From a virus, in IMG/VR virus record IMGVR_UViG_3300024299_000010, positions 7,276 to 71,275 of that record: a DNA stretch of 64,000 bases; one strand, given 5' to 3'. Below the pieces are notes generated by a model, which worked only from the letters and a program-made list of their open reading frames with translations, was not told where the DNA came from and did not search any database. Each line of letters begins with the position of its first letter. The first letter of the stretch is position 1. A program made the position numbers and the translations under genes. Of the stretch, positions 49,322-58,864 are shown piece after piece.

Positions 49322-49959
49322 TTAGTTTCCTTTGTTTTATTGATATCTGATATCCATTTACGGAGTTTATTACCATCTTTAGTTTCTACTATAACATAGT
49401 TAGAACCTAACATAGTGATTTTAGCAGTTTCTTTGTTTTCTTTTATTATAACATTATCATTCAAACTATACAATAAACCTTTCACATAATTTTCACGTTC
49501 CTCTGATACCATATCTAATTTAATATGTTTTCTTACAACATCATCAGGATCAGGCAAACCAGACGGTACTATATTTATATCAGTAAAGTTATATTTATTT
49601 ATAATCAAATCAATTTCTGGAATTTTATCGGAGTCGATAACTAAGGTTACTTTGAAATAACCTTGATCTTTTAATTTAGAGAGGATATCAGATACAGAAT
49701 GTATATCAGGATCATTCATTATGGCACGTCCATACTTTGGAAACATCTTACGCATCAATTTAATCTTTGTGGTGATATCCAATTTAGGAGTTTCTTTTTG
49801 AGGTGATAAGACGAATATCTTGTAGTTGTTGCCAGTAGCAATAGAAGAAACCTTATCGATCAACTTCTCGTGTGCTACAGTAGTCGAATTGAACCTAGCA
49901 AAGGAAACTACAATTTCTTTAGTTTCTTCAACCAACAGATATTCAGAAAAACTTTTAAT
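49318..49959 (-). CDS. Degenerate HIGH-family cytidylyltransferase-like protein
   Basis: SFARFNSTTVAHEKL resembles FGRFNPPTxGH; the frame extends upstream of the track start as IKSFSEYLLVEE. Confidence 0.55.
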   Translation of the reverse strand: MKSFSEYLLVEETKEIVVSFARFNSTTVAHEKLIDKVSSIATGNNYKIFVLSPQKETPKLDITTKIKLMRKMFPKYGRAIMNDPDIHSVSDILSKLKDQGYFKVTLVIDSDKIPEIDLIINKYNFTDINIVPSGLPDPDDVVRKHIKLDMVSEERENYVKGLLYSLNDNVIIKENKETAKITMLGSNYVIVETKDGNKLRKWISDINKTKETK

Positions 49960-49963
49960 CTGA

Positions 49964-50410
49964 CTATTCCTCAGTTGGTGCTGATTTTTTAAACTTTTCT
50001 TTATCTTTCGCTTTAGCGGCGGGAAGAAGTTTCTTTGCTAGTTTCTTTATAGCGGCAGACTTTTTTGCCATACGCTTTTCTAGTTGTCCTCTTTCAGCAA
50101 ACGATAAATCTGCTTTAGATTTTCCACCAGTAAGTTTTTTCTCAAGAGCACCCCGTGCTTGTTTCTCTGCACGTTTCTTTAGATGTTCTGGGTCTGCATG
50201 TTTCTTTGCTGCCTTTTTACGACCCATCATTATTTTTGCTTTGTTTTTTTTGAATGACTTTTTCATTTTTAAACGTTGCGATAAACTCATTGCTTCATCA
50301 ACTTCTTCTTCTTCGGTTGATTCTAATTTACGTTTTTTCGATTGTAAGGCAAGGAGTTCTTCATCTGTTCCTGTATAATCTACAGTTAGAAAATCTTTAA
50401 ATGAATACAT
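49964..50410 (-). CDS. Basic putative internal head protein
   Basis: MYSFKDFL start, acidic VDE site, Lys-rich body; late promoters at 50446-50453 and 50474-50481. Confidence 0.6.
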   Translation of the reverse strand: MYSFKDFLTVDYTGTDEELLALQSKKRKLESTEEEEVDEAMSLSQRLKMKKSFKKNKAKIMMGRKKAAKKHADPEHLKKRAEKQARGALEKKLTGGKSKADLSFAERGQLEKRMAKKSAAIKKLAKKLLPAAKAKDKEKFKKSAPTEE

Positions 50411-50496
50411 ATTTTTGTCCTATTATTTACTAAAGGTTCAATATTTATTTATAATATTATGAATTTACAATAGTATTTATAATAAAAAATATGTTG

Positions 50497-50853
50497 TCAT
50501 TTAATGATATAATCCTCGATAAAGGAAAATCCATCTTCCTCTGAAACAGAGATATAAGAAGTGTCTAATATGAGATGAAGATTTTGAAGTAATTCTATAG
50601 GATTTGTTGCTTGAGTTAGAAAAAGATTATTGTCTACTCGGTATGCATAGAGAATGGAGTCCATCTCTTGTATTCTAATTGGGATTGGATGAATATGAGT
50701 GATTGGTTTTCTTTTGATGAATATATTATCTATTTTATCTTCAAAAGTTTTAAGTTTATCATATAATTTACGTAAACATTTTATTCTGATAATACCTGCT
50801 TGATCTAATAGAAGTAATGTAAGCAAACAACAAAAAACCAATATCATATTCAT
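50497..50853 (-). CDS. Hypothetical membrane-anchored protein
   Basis: N-terminal hydrophobic segment. Confidence 0.5.
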   Translation of the reverse strand: MNMILVFCCLLTLLLLDQAGIIRIKCLRKLYDKLKTFEDKIDNIFIKRKPITHIHPIPIRIQEMDSILYAYRVDNNLFLTQATNPIELLQNLHLILDTSYISVSEEDGFSFIEDYIIK

Positions 50854-51041
50854 ATTCCTAATCCTTTTTTATTTCTTTTCCTTTGCCAATTTATTTTCTA
50901 ACAAAGTAATTCTTGTACGAATCTTGGATTTATCTTTTTTACGTCCAGAGGTTTCCTCAAGTTTTTTTAATCCTGCAAGAGATAATGTGCCAAGTCTAAT
51001 TTTATCATTCTTAGTCTTTAGTGAACTTTTCTTCATATTAT

Positions 51042-51236
51042 TTATATATCCAAATGTTTAGTTGGTTCGAGAGCATATTCTAGAATACCTCCCATAAATT
51101 GATCAGAGTGATTCCAAGTCAATAATCCTGCTTGAATAGGATGATGTATATGACTCAATGGTGTTTCTGATGATGTTGTACGATATACAACAATGGTTTC
51201 TGGTGCAACTGGACAAGTTGTTCCGGTGTGTTTCAC
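51042..51236 (-). CDS. Hypothetical protein
   Basis: 64-aa ORF with a CPV..ETIV motif. Confidence 0.45.
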   Translation of the reverse strand: MKHTGTTCPVAPETIVVYRTTSSETPLSHIHHPIQAGLLTWNHSDQFMGGILEYALEPTKHLDI

Positions 51237-51264
51237 AAATTTATAATTTATAATTTTTTACCTT

Positions 51265-51768
51265 TTAGTGACTGTAAAAATAATATCCATTTTCACTGTA
51301 ATAGTCTTCAGCGAAGTTATCGGCAGTTTGTTTCCAATCTATACAGACCCAAGAAGGAACCGTATCTTCAATTTCTTGAATAATATCTCCACCTAGATTA
51401 TCAAACAATTCCTCATTATTAGGATATTCACCAACATAGTTATCAAGGATATTATCAGGTTGAATACCAAGTTCCATTGCTGCTTGAACCATATCAACAT
51501 CTTCATCATCTAGTAATTCTTTATAATCCCAATAAGTGTCATCAAGATCATATTCACCAACTAATGTTGATGGGACATCTTCAAAGTCTGCAACGATCCA
51601 TTCTTCGCGAATATCACCATCATTAAGGTCTTCTGTGATGTCTTTTAATGCTTCGTTCATGGCAGTATAATACTCTTCTTTATCATTCACTTCAGAAAGA
51701 TCAATAGTGAATGGAATTAAAGAACCGTTATTGTAGTCTGATAGACTGTAAAAAGTGATTGCACTCAT
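51265..51768 (-). CDS. ardA: Antirestriction protein ArdA (DNA mimic)
   Basis: L..YNNG.L...IDL, EEWIVADFE and IDW...A....DY...NGYYF motifs; very acidic; early promoter at 51833-51805. Confidence 0.8.
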   Translation of the reverse strand: MSAITFYSLSDYNNGSLIPFTIDLSEVNDKEEYYTAMNEALKDITEDLNDGDIREEWIVADFEDVPSTLVGEYDLDDTYWDYKELLDDEDVDMVQAAMELGIQPDNILDNYVGEYPNNEELFDNLGGDIIQEIEDTVPSWVCIDWKQTADNFAEDYYSENGYYFYSH

Positions 51769-51866
51769 AATATATATTTCCTGTATTTCTCAAAAGTAAG
51801 ACTAATTATACCTTATCTAGTTCTCAATGTCAACACTTATTTTCATCATCCTATATAATAAATAAA

Positions 51867-52193
51867 ATGATAATCAAGGAGATATTGAAAATGTTTAGGT
51901 TTAAAACTGCTAAAGAATTGGAGAGAGATTGTGAACTTATTTTTGTAAATTACATTGACAAAAACCTTTCTCTTTATAAAATTTATACTCATATAGCTAC
52001 AGACTTGGATGGTCGTGTTTATGGATATACATCAGAACCCTTCGTGCATGATACTGCTCCTACAATATTTACAATGAAACACCAAGGAGTAGGTTACGAC
52101 AATCTGGAAAAGTTTGTATTTTTAGGATTCTTTCCGTATACTGGAGATTGGACACAATCTAAACGTAGTATACAAGACTGTCGGGTAATTTAA
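51867..52193 (+). CDS. Hypothetical phage protein
   Basis: HIATDLDGRVYGY..EP...GDWTQS; AGGAG RBS before the internal MFRF start. Confidence 0.55.
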   Translation: MIIKEILKMFRFKTAKELERDCELIFVNYIDKNLSLYKIYTHIATDLDGRVYGYTSEPFVHDTAPTIFTMKHQGVGYDNLEKFVFLGFFPYTGDWTQSKRSIQDCRVI

Positions 52194-52194
52194 G

Positions 52195-52368
52195 TTATTT
52201 TCCTAAACATTTAGATTTCCAAGTTGTGTCTTCCCCTACAACTAACATAGAAGCAATTTCTGTTGATGCTAACTCACACCTAGCATAAGTTGAGAAATCA
52301 TGTTTTATTACAGTGGTTCCTACATTAAATTTTGTGGTTGTTATAATAATAAAAATTAGGGTTGTCAT
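52195..52368 (-). CDS. Small hypothetical protein (57 aa)
   Basis: Manual translation MTTLIFIIITTTKFNVG...CLGK. Confidence 0.45.
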   Translation of the reverse strand: MTTLIFIIITTTKFNVGTTVIKHDFSTYARCELASTEIASMLVVGEDTTWKSKCLGK

Positions 52369-52389
52369 AGATTATACCTTTTGATCATT

Positions 52390-52554
52390 TTATCCGCAAT
52401 ATTTACAAAGATCCTCTTGAAGTTCTTTGTTGATTCCGATAATTGAATAGAGTTCATTAAATGATAACCCAGCAATCCCTTCACAATTCAACATTGCTTC
52501 TGCTATTTCATCTAATGGTGCGAAGTATTTCGTACATTGTTCTTGGTAATTCAT
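52390..52554 (-). CDS. Small early protein (54 aa)
   Basis: Manual translation MNYQEQCTKYF...; GGAGG RBS; promoter at 52615-52587. Confidence 0.55.
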   Translation of the reverse strand: MNYQEQCTKYFAPLDEIAEAMLNCEGIAGLSFNELYSIIGINKELQEDLCKYCG

Positions 52555-52779
52555 AATATATCCTCCATTTCTTCAAACTAAGACTAATTATAACCTAAAT
52601 CTACATCATTGTCAACTCTTATTTCCTCTAGTTTAGATTCTGCTGCCTTTCGAACTAACCAATCATCATCATTAATTAATAAATCTAGACCATACCCCAA
52701 TTCTGCTATTGCGGCACGGACAAAACGATCCTCACTATGAATCATGGTTTTCAGTTCTTCTGTGGTGTAGTTTTTAATA

Positions 52780-52947
52780 TTAATTCCCTTGTTTGTTCAT
52801 TGCCGCAACACCCGAAGACATTAATACTAATCCAAATACTGAGTAAGATAAGATTTCCCAAAGTTTAAGAACTGGTTCAATATCACAAGCACCGGCAGCA
52901 CCTAAAACAATAATGAATCCAAGTAATGTTCGTATAGTACCTTTCAT
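52780..52947 (-). CDS. Small two-TM membrane protein (55 aa)
   Basis: MKGTIRTLLGFIIVLGAAGAC...ILLYSVFGLVLMSSGVAAM. Confidence 0.55.
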   Translation of the reverse strand: MKGTIRTLLGFIIVLGAAGACDIEPVLKLWEILSYSVFGLVLMSSGVAAMNKQGN

Positions 52948-53064
52948 TTTATTTCCTTTTTTTATTTGTGGTTCAATTTACCTAATTTTTTGATATGCCT
53001 TTAGAATCGGCATTGGAAGGTATTCATTATCTGCCAGGAGCACCTCATCAATGTCAACACTTAT

Positions 53065-53226
53065 TTAATAATTATTTTCTTGCCATTCATTATCAATAGC
53101 ATCTTCTACTGCTTCGTTCAATTCTTCAATGGTACTTACAGTATTAGACAATGCTTCTACTATTTCTATAGCAACACCATAGTCGAATGCAGTCAGTTTA
53201 ATTTGGTCTTTTGTTAATTCGGTCAT
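53065..53226 (-). CDS. Small acidic early protein (53 aa)
   Basis: MTELTKDQIKLTAFDYG...EELNEAVEDAIDNEWQENNY; promoter cassette at 53289-53261. Confidence 0.55.
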   Translation of the reverse strand: MTELTKDQIKLTAFDYGVAIEIVEALSNTVSTIEELNEAVEDAIDNEWQENNY

Positions 53227-53354
53227 AATATAATCTCAATGTTTCTCAAAAGTAAGACTAATTATATCATGTTTAGTGCTAGAGGTCAACACTTATTTTA
53301 AATAAAAAACCCCCGTATAAAACGAGGATTAAATGGGAATATTGAAATTCAGTG

Positions 53355-53519
53355 TCAACCTTTATTTACATCTTTTTTTTTTTTGGTGTATTCCTTACTC
53401 CGCTCTGCCCTGTGCTCCTCAGCCTCTCGTTTCAATGTAGCGTTCATGTAGCGAAGCACAAATGCGACACCTGCTGACACGATGACTAGCACCATGAGTT
53501 GATCTAATATAGCAATCAT
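53355..53519 (-). CDS. Small membrane protein (54 aa)
   Basis: MIAILDQLMVLVIVSAGVAFVLRY... with an A12 run encoding KKKK. Confidence 0.45.
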   Translation of the reverse strand: MIAILDQLMVLVIVSAGVAFVLRYMNATLKREAEEHRAERSKEYTKKKKDVNKG

Positions 53520-53555
53520 ATGGGATTATCCTATTCTTTGCATCTCTTAACCTAG

Positions 53556-54080
53556 TTATTTGAAAAACTTGTCAGAATATCTATCTCTTTGATAAAAATT
53601 CTCTTCGTTATCTTTAACCAATTTCTTTACTCTAGGAAACCATGTATTGAATGCTTTAACAATTTTGTCTGGTGAACCTTTAGATTTACGGAACTTAGTC
53701 TTTAAACCTTGCATTGCATAATGAGTTCCTTCCTCTGGTTTTAGATTAATTCTTCCTAGTGAGTTGGATGCTTCATATTTACCATCTTTATAATAAACGA
53801 CAAACGAGTGGTACATCGGATCATTCTGTCGAATACCACTACCCCATTCAGATTTATCACCGATAAGACCTAAATCGAAACTGATAGCATCCAGACCTAG
53901 CATGTTTCTAATCTTGATTCTAATCCATCCATTAGGGAAAGACTTCTTGAATGCAGTTTCAATCGCTGCCATTACATCTTCAGGTGTTACTACACCTTCT
54001 GAAACTAATGTAAAATCTTCCTTGCCTTTTGCTTCTGATGTAACTGCTTCTTGGATGAAGTCTTTGTATGTTTTTGTCAT
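53556..54080 (-). CDS. Putative internal head protein with CTS
   Basis: Starts MTKTYKDFIQE. Confidence 0.65.
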   Translation of the reverse strand: MTKTYKDFIQEAVTSEAKGKEDFTLVSEGVVTPEDVMAAIETAFKKSFPNGWIRIKIRNMLGLDAISFDLGLIGDKSEWGSGIRQNDPMYHSFVVYYKDGKYEASNSLGRINLKPEEGTHYAMQGLKTKFRKSKGSPDKIVKAFNTWFPRVKKLVKDNEENFYQRDRYSDKFFK

Positions 54081-54121
54081 TATAACCCGATTTATGTTAT
54101 GTTGTCAACACTTATTTTCAA

Positions 54122-54670
54122 TTATTTTATCTTTGCGTATAATTCAGTCTTAGCATATTTTTCGATAAAACTTAGAACGGTTGATCCAATTCCAGATACA
54201 TCAGTTGTTGATAATGTTTTTGTTCCGACTGATACCATAATGAGACCCCTATCATAAAAGTGGACAGTGAAAGTTTTAAATAACTTGACCTTATCACCAA
54301 GCGAAAATCCATTCTTCGATTGTTTCTTAAATTCATTGTTGATCATATTTCTTAGAGATACTTCAAAGTCGTAATCTATAGAAACTTGAATGAAAGTATT
54401 ACCGCCTTGTAATATTTCACCCTGCCCATCAGTAGTATACTTATCAAAATCATCAGCAATACCCTTTATTTTAGATATGAACGGCAATGCTTTTGTTGTT
54501 TTTAACTCCACCCACACCATACTTGATGTTCCACCATATTGAGTTTTAACCGATACATCCCTTGATGATAATCTAAACTCTTTTACTAGTATGCTGCGTA
54601 TAGCAATTGCTTCATCTTTGCCTTCTAGAAGAATTCTTGATGATTCTATTAGTGATTCTTGATGTGTCAT
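54122..54670 (-). CDS. Putative internal head protein
   Basis: Starts MTHQESLIES..ILLE; GEILQGGNTFI motif. Confidence 0.55.
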   Translation of the reverse strand: MTHQESLIESSRILLEGKDEAIAIRSILVKEFRLSSRDVSVKTQYGGTSSMVWVELKTTKALPFISKIKGIADDFDKYTTDGQGEILQGGNTFIQVSIDYDFEVSLRNMINNEFKKQSKNGFSLGDKVKLFKTFTVHFYDRGLIMVSVGTKTLSTTDVSGIGSTVLSFIEKYAKTELYAKIK

Positions 54671-54705
54671 TTTATTTTCTCTCTTATTTCTCTAAGGTAT
54701 GGGTC

Positions 54706-54736
54706 ATTATAACCCGATTTAAAATCGGGTTATAAT
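54706..54736. repeat. Perfect 15-bp inverted repeat within a promoter
   Basis: ATTATAACCCGATTT-A-AAATCGGGTTATAAT. Confidence 0.9.
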
Positions 54737-54780
54737 TATTATAACCCGATTTATGTTATGTTGTCAAGTACTATTTATAT

Positions 54781-55071
54781 TTATAATGCTCTTCCCTTTT
54801 TGATCACGGCATCTTTGCCCCAGTCAAACGGTTTGAATATTAAGACATCCTTAACATCTACTAAGACTTTTCTTCCGCCTAATGGTGTGTAAGGTGTCTT
54901 ATCGACATCATTGATGAATCCAAACTCACCTTTAGAGTTCATAGCACCAACAGCACCAGCAGTCCCAGAACCACCCATAGCAGACGCGAACTTGCTGCCA
55001 GTGTTTGAGATTGCCACCGCAAACACTTTACCTTCTCCACTTGCTTCTTGAATAAATTCTTTGTACGACAT
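54781..55071 (-). CDS. Putative internal head protein with CTS
   Basis: Starts MSYKEFIQE. Confidence 0.6.
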   Translation of the reverse strand: MSYKEFIQEASGEGKVFAVAISNTGSKFASAMGGSGTAGAVGAMNSKGEFGFINDVDKTPYTPLGGRKVLVDVKDVLIFKPFDWGKDAVIKKGRAL

Positions 55072-55086
55072 TAGATTTCCCTTTGA

Positions 55087-55350
55087 TTATTTGTGTGTCT
55101 TTAAAATGGTTTTAGATATACCAGACCAAATGGATTCTACTGCTTCCATATGTTTGTTTATTTTAGCAAAATCCTTATCATATTTTGCACCTGCCAATCC
55201 TAAAAACGGTGAGTCCTTTTCAGACATAGTTGCCACATTCATCAATGCCGTGTGGAATGCTTCTACTTCATTCTTTAGATTTTTATTCTCTTCGTTAATA
55301 CTTTGTGATAGTAGTGATTCAAGAATTGTTTGCTTATATGATTTTGTCAT
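55087..55350 (-). CDS. Putative internal head protein
   Basis: Starts MTKSYKQTILES; early promoter at 55414-55386 and late promoter at 55419-55426. Confidence 0.55.
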   Translation of the reverse strand: MTKSYKQTILESLLSQSINEENKNLKNEVEAFHTALMNVATMSEKDSPFLGLAGAKYDKDFAKINKHMEAVESIWSGISKTILKTHK

Positions 55351-55430
55351 TGTGGTTTCCTTTGTTTATTTTTTAAGTATGCGTCATTATAATACGAATA
55401 CGTTAGGTTGTCAAGACTTATTTATAAAAT

Positions 55431-56903
55431 CTAGTATGTTACAGTAATTTCATTAACATCCATCTTAACACCTAGAATATCTTGAAATCCTTTCATGCTT
55501 GATGTTAATATAGGTTTCAGTTTCTTCCATATCTTAGTCATTAACTTTAACACCCACTTCTTCACTTTATTAATAAGTGCACTGCCTTTGTCCTTTATAT
55601 TCCCAATGAAATCTGACCACCCCTCATTCAATTCCATTTCAACTTCTTTGATAGCATTTTCTATAATAGAGTTTAATGTAACTTCTTCATATGCATTGGT
55701 ATCTTCGCTAACTATACCTTTCAAACCAATCCAAGCAGATCCACCCTCACCTGATGATTTAAATGATACATTAAAAGATGTTGCCCCAGTATAATCATCT
55801 ATCAACGTCTTATCAATCTCTTGAATCTTACCAAACCCACCATCATTAAACTTCATCATGTGTGTTGCACGTGGTTTAGTGTCTTTAAATTTAGATTGTC
55901 CTGTCATCGCTTCTTTCACAACTTCATATTTAAGATCTCTGTTGTTGAACATATCACTTACTGCTTTGGTCAAAATTGTGTTACCTGTCATCTTCTCTTG
56001 TATTTGTTTTCCAAGGTCAGTATCACCTTTCGACAATTTAGTAATTGACATTCCTGTAGGAAGACTCAGTGCCTTTTTATAGAAGTGTTCTGTTATATCT
56101 GATGTTAGTGATCCCCATGCTTTCTCTATGTCGGTATTGAAACTATCGGAACCTTTAAACTTATCAAAGGCAAATCCAAGTGTTGCAAGTGTTTCACCTT
56201 TACCACCAGACATTAGTTGAGAACCACCTTGTTTTTTAAGAGAGATGTGTGTGTTTCCGATAAACATATCAGTCTTAGGTGTTTTCGTTGATGCCGATGC
56301 AGATTTATCAGTGGCAGATTTAAAGTAATCATTCCATTCCTTTGTTAATGCAGAAACACCAGATCCAAAGTGGTGCATTACTCCTTTAGGATTTGGAAAA
56401 CTATTCTCTACAATTTCCAAACCCTTTTCAAGATAGTCATCATACTTGTCTTTCCATTTCATAGGAACATCATCACCACCACGGTTCTTAGTTCCTGCTA
56501 ATTCGATTCCCTCTGCTTTATCAACACCTTTGCTTATCATATTATAAGCACAACATATAATAACTTCCCATTCAGCACCAGATGGTTCTTTTGACCCGTC
56601 ACCAGTAGAGAATCCATTGCCATCTTTAGATAAATTTAAATCTTTTAACCCTTTAACTGAGTAAGAATTTTTTAGTATAGATTCCATCTCTTTAGTCTTA
56701 AAGAAATTATTTTCCATGTATTTGATTAATGGATCATCTGCTTCTAACTTTTTTATTTTTTCACCATCTTCAGTTTTAAGTGTACCAGCAATTGCTTTAT
56801 CAATAAAGTCCGCTCGATTGTTTCGTTTAAAGAATTCGAGATAGTTTAGCATTATGGATTCTGATAATACTTCTTCTGTGTAAAATGACCTGAATGACTT
56901 CAT
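55431..56903 (-). CDS. PD-(D/E)xK restriction-endonuclease-like protein with CTS
   Basis: Starts MKSFRSFYTEE; E..I and TPKTD....ISLK catalytic-like arrangement. Confidence 0.5.
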   Translation of the reverse strand: MKSFRSFYTEEVLSESIMLNYLEFFKRNNRADFIDKAIAGTLKTEDGEKIKKLEADDPLIKYMENNFFKTKEMESILKNSYSVKGLKDLNLSKDGNGFSTGDGSKEPSGAEWEVIICCAYNMISKGVDKAEGIELAGTKNRGGDDVPMKWKDKYDDYLEKGLEIVENSFPNPKGVMHHFGSGVSALTKEWNDYFKSATDKSASASTKTPKTDMFIGNTHISLKKQGGSQLMSGGKGETLATLGFAFDKFKGSDSFNTDIEKAWGSLTSDITEHFYKKALSLPTGMSITKLSKGDTDLGKQIQEKMTGNTILTKAVSDMFNNRDLKYEVVKEAMTGQSKFKDTKPRATHMMKFNDGGFGKIQEIDKTLIDDYTGATSFNVSFKSSGEGGSAWIGLKGIVSEDTNAYEEVTLNSIIENAIKEVEMELNEGWSDFIGNIKDKGSALINKVKKWVLKLMTKIWKKLKPILTSSMKGFQDILGVKMDVNEITVTY

Positions 56904-56948
56904 TAAAGTTTCCTTGTTTTTATGTAATTATAGATTGTCAAGAGTTAT

Positions 56949-57506
56949 TTACAAAATGTCTTGCATCTTATCAAACTCACCCCAAAGTTCTTTGGGCATT
57001 GACTTCTTGAATGTTTCAATATCATCATCTTTAATAGCGGTTCGTACAATAGTAGCAGAAGTGACTCTAGGAGTTTCTTTCATTGTGACCGTGATCTGTT
57101 TATCTTCGGGCATCTGTTTATTGAATGAATCAATTTGACCTTGATACCCTTTGAATCTATCCGCACCCGCATAGATAGCAGTTACTTCATTACCGTCCTT
57201 TCTTATTAGAGAAATGATATCAGGCACATATCCAGTAGGAACGACTATAACCTTTGCTTTAGTTTTTAACTTCTTTAAGAGTTCTAATTGATAAGTTGTA
57301 TCAAATGGATTCTTGTTTTTATCTAGTGAAGTCTTAGCACCTTTTACTAATGCAACAATAGGATTATTCATCATCTTAATAATAGCAAGATGTGCTTTAT
57401 GAACGGGTTGCATTCTTCCAAGGAATAGTTCTACAGATTTCTTTTGGATTGGTAGATAATCTGTAGGATTAAGTGCTTCTGTTATAAATTCTATGTATGT
57501 TTTCAT
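56949..57506 (-). CDS. HIGH-family nucleotidyl/cytidylyltransferase (NMNAT-like) with CTS
   Basis: FLGRMQPVHKAH, NPF, AGADR and TSATIVR motifs; starts MKTYIEFITE. Confidence 0.75.
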   Translation of the reverse strand: MKTYIEFITEALNPTDYLPIQKKSVELFLGRMQPVHKAHLAIIKMMNNPIVALVKGAKTSLDKNKNPFDTTYQLELLKKLKTKAKVIVVPTGYVPDIISLIRKDGNEVTAIYAGADRFKGYQGQIDSFNKQMPEDKQITVTMKETPRVTSATIVRTAIKDDDIETFKKSMPKELWGEFDKMQDIL

Positions 57507-57521
57507 ATTGCCTTATGGTAA

Positions 57522-58793
57522 TTAAATTACGCAGTCTAAGTAATTTTCTGACTTGATTTCTATATATTTAGCATTATTTTTTCTAAAGACCCATACAGGT
57601 TCAATAAAGGTTTCCCTCATTTCTTCGGTGTTTGGTCTTGCCATCATACGCATACCTATCTTTCCAATGTAATTGCTTTGATCGAATGCAGCAAATGTAT
57701 CAACCATTTCATCACATAATTTATGTCGTTTGCCAGTTTTACTTGATGGTTCTATAATATTGATCATCATAAACCCATCGGATTTAATAGTACCCCAAAC
57801 GAGTTCAGTCACTTTAAAAAAGAAGTCATATTTCCATTTATCGAAACTATCATATCTTGACCAAGATTGATCATCAATACAATCTGTAGATTCACCATAA
57901 GTTTCAGTTGAGAAATAAGGTGGTGATGTAAAATAAAAATCAAATGTATTTTGATATAGATTCCAATCAACATCTTCAGATGGTTTTCTCCATATCTTCA
58001 CAGTTTTTTTACCGACACATTCAAAGTAATCTTCTGATTCGGTTAGTACTGGATTAGATCCTAGCACGGTTTCATACATAATACATTGTTCTTTATAGAC
58101 TTCAAAAACATCTGGATTAGGATCACACCCAACATATAATTCAGTAGAAGGTGTAGCATAGAACCCTGCTAATCTATCACCCCATCCACAAGAAGTGTCT
58201 AATACATTTACGGCATTATGTTTTTCATATAATGCTTTAGCAACAGTAGGTTTAAATTGTGTTGCTGTATATGTTCCTAATCTAAATGCTGTAAGGAAAC
58301 TTCGTCTTGTTAGACCAGAGTCACCCATGACACCTTCTCTCCACCAAGTCCAATTCATAGATGCTAATAGTTTTTCATCATTCCAAATTTCTGTTGGTGC
58401 TTTATTTTTATTAGAACCACACCCCAATCTATTACTTTGTTGGAAGTAGTTTGATATGATATTGAATGAGTGACTTTTATCAATAACCCCTAGAGGTGCA
58501 TCATAGTATGGATACTTGTAATCATATCGTTCTTTCACATTAGGAAAGTCTTTATAGTAAGATATCATAGAGGTAGAGCAAAACCTTCTAAATGTTGCAA
58601 TGAAAGTATGTCTATCAAATTTCCGGAATGGGAATCCTATTTCATTTTCATGCACATATCTTGCCAATGCAACTCTTATATCATTTTTCTCATAGGTGTT
58701 TTTAAACTTTATCCATTCATCATTAGATAAATTAGGGATACCATCTTCATCACAGTTATTTTTAAAGTATTCAACAATTTCACATAATTCCAT
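57522..58793 (-). CDS. DNA amino-methyltransferase (N6-A or N4-C)
   Basis: VLDTSCGWGDRL SAM-binding motif and FTSPPYF catalytic motif; own sigma70 promoter at 58860-58832; no CTS. Confidence 0.8.
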   Translation of the reverse strand: MELCEIVEYFKNNCDEDGIPNLSNDEWIKFKNTYEKNDIRVALARYVHENEIGFPFRKFDRHTFIATFRRFCSTSMISYYKDFPNVKERYDYKYPYYDAPLGVIDKSHSFNIISNYFQQSNRLGCGSNKNKAPTEIWNDEKLLASMNWTWWREGVMGDSGLTRRSFLTAFRLGTYTATQFKPTVAKALYEKHNAVNVLDTSCGWGDRLAGFYATPSTELYVGCDPNPDVFEVYKEQCIMYETVLGSNPVLTESEDYFECVGKKTVKIWRKPSEDVDWNLYQNTFDFYFTSPPYFSTETYGESTDCIDDQSWSRYDSFDKWKYDFFFKVTELVWGTIKSDGFMMINIIEPSSKTGKRHKLCDEMVDTFAAFDQSNYIGKIGMRMMARPNTEEMRETFIEPVWVFRKNNAKYIEIKSENYLDCVI

Positions 58794-58864
58794 TCAGTAG
58801 TACCCTCTTTCAATTTATCTAATTATTATATATTATATCATAGAGTAGTTACTATGTCAACATA

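Noticed and set aside
53373-53384. A12 homopolymer as a phase-variation switch
   Set aside because: It lies at the extreme 3' end of a small ORF, so slippage would change only a few residues; it could also be a sequencing artefact.
56949-57506. Complete NAD reconstitution pathway (NARP1/NARP2)
   Set aside because: No Nampt/Namat or PRPP-synthetase-like partner is recognisable in the window.
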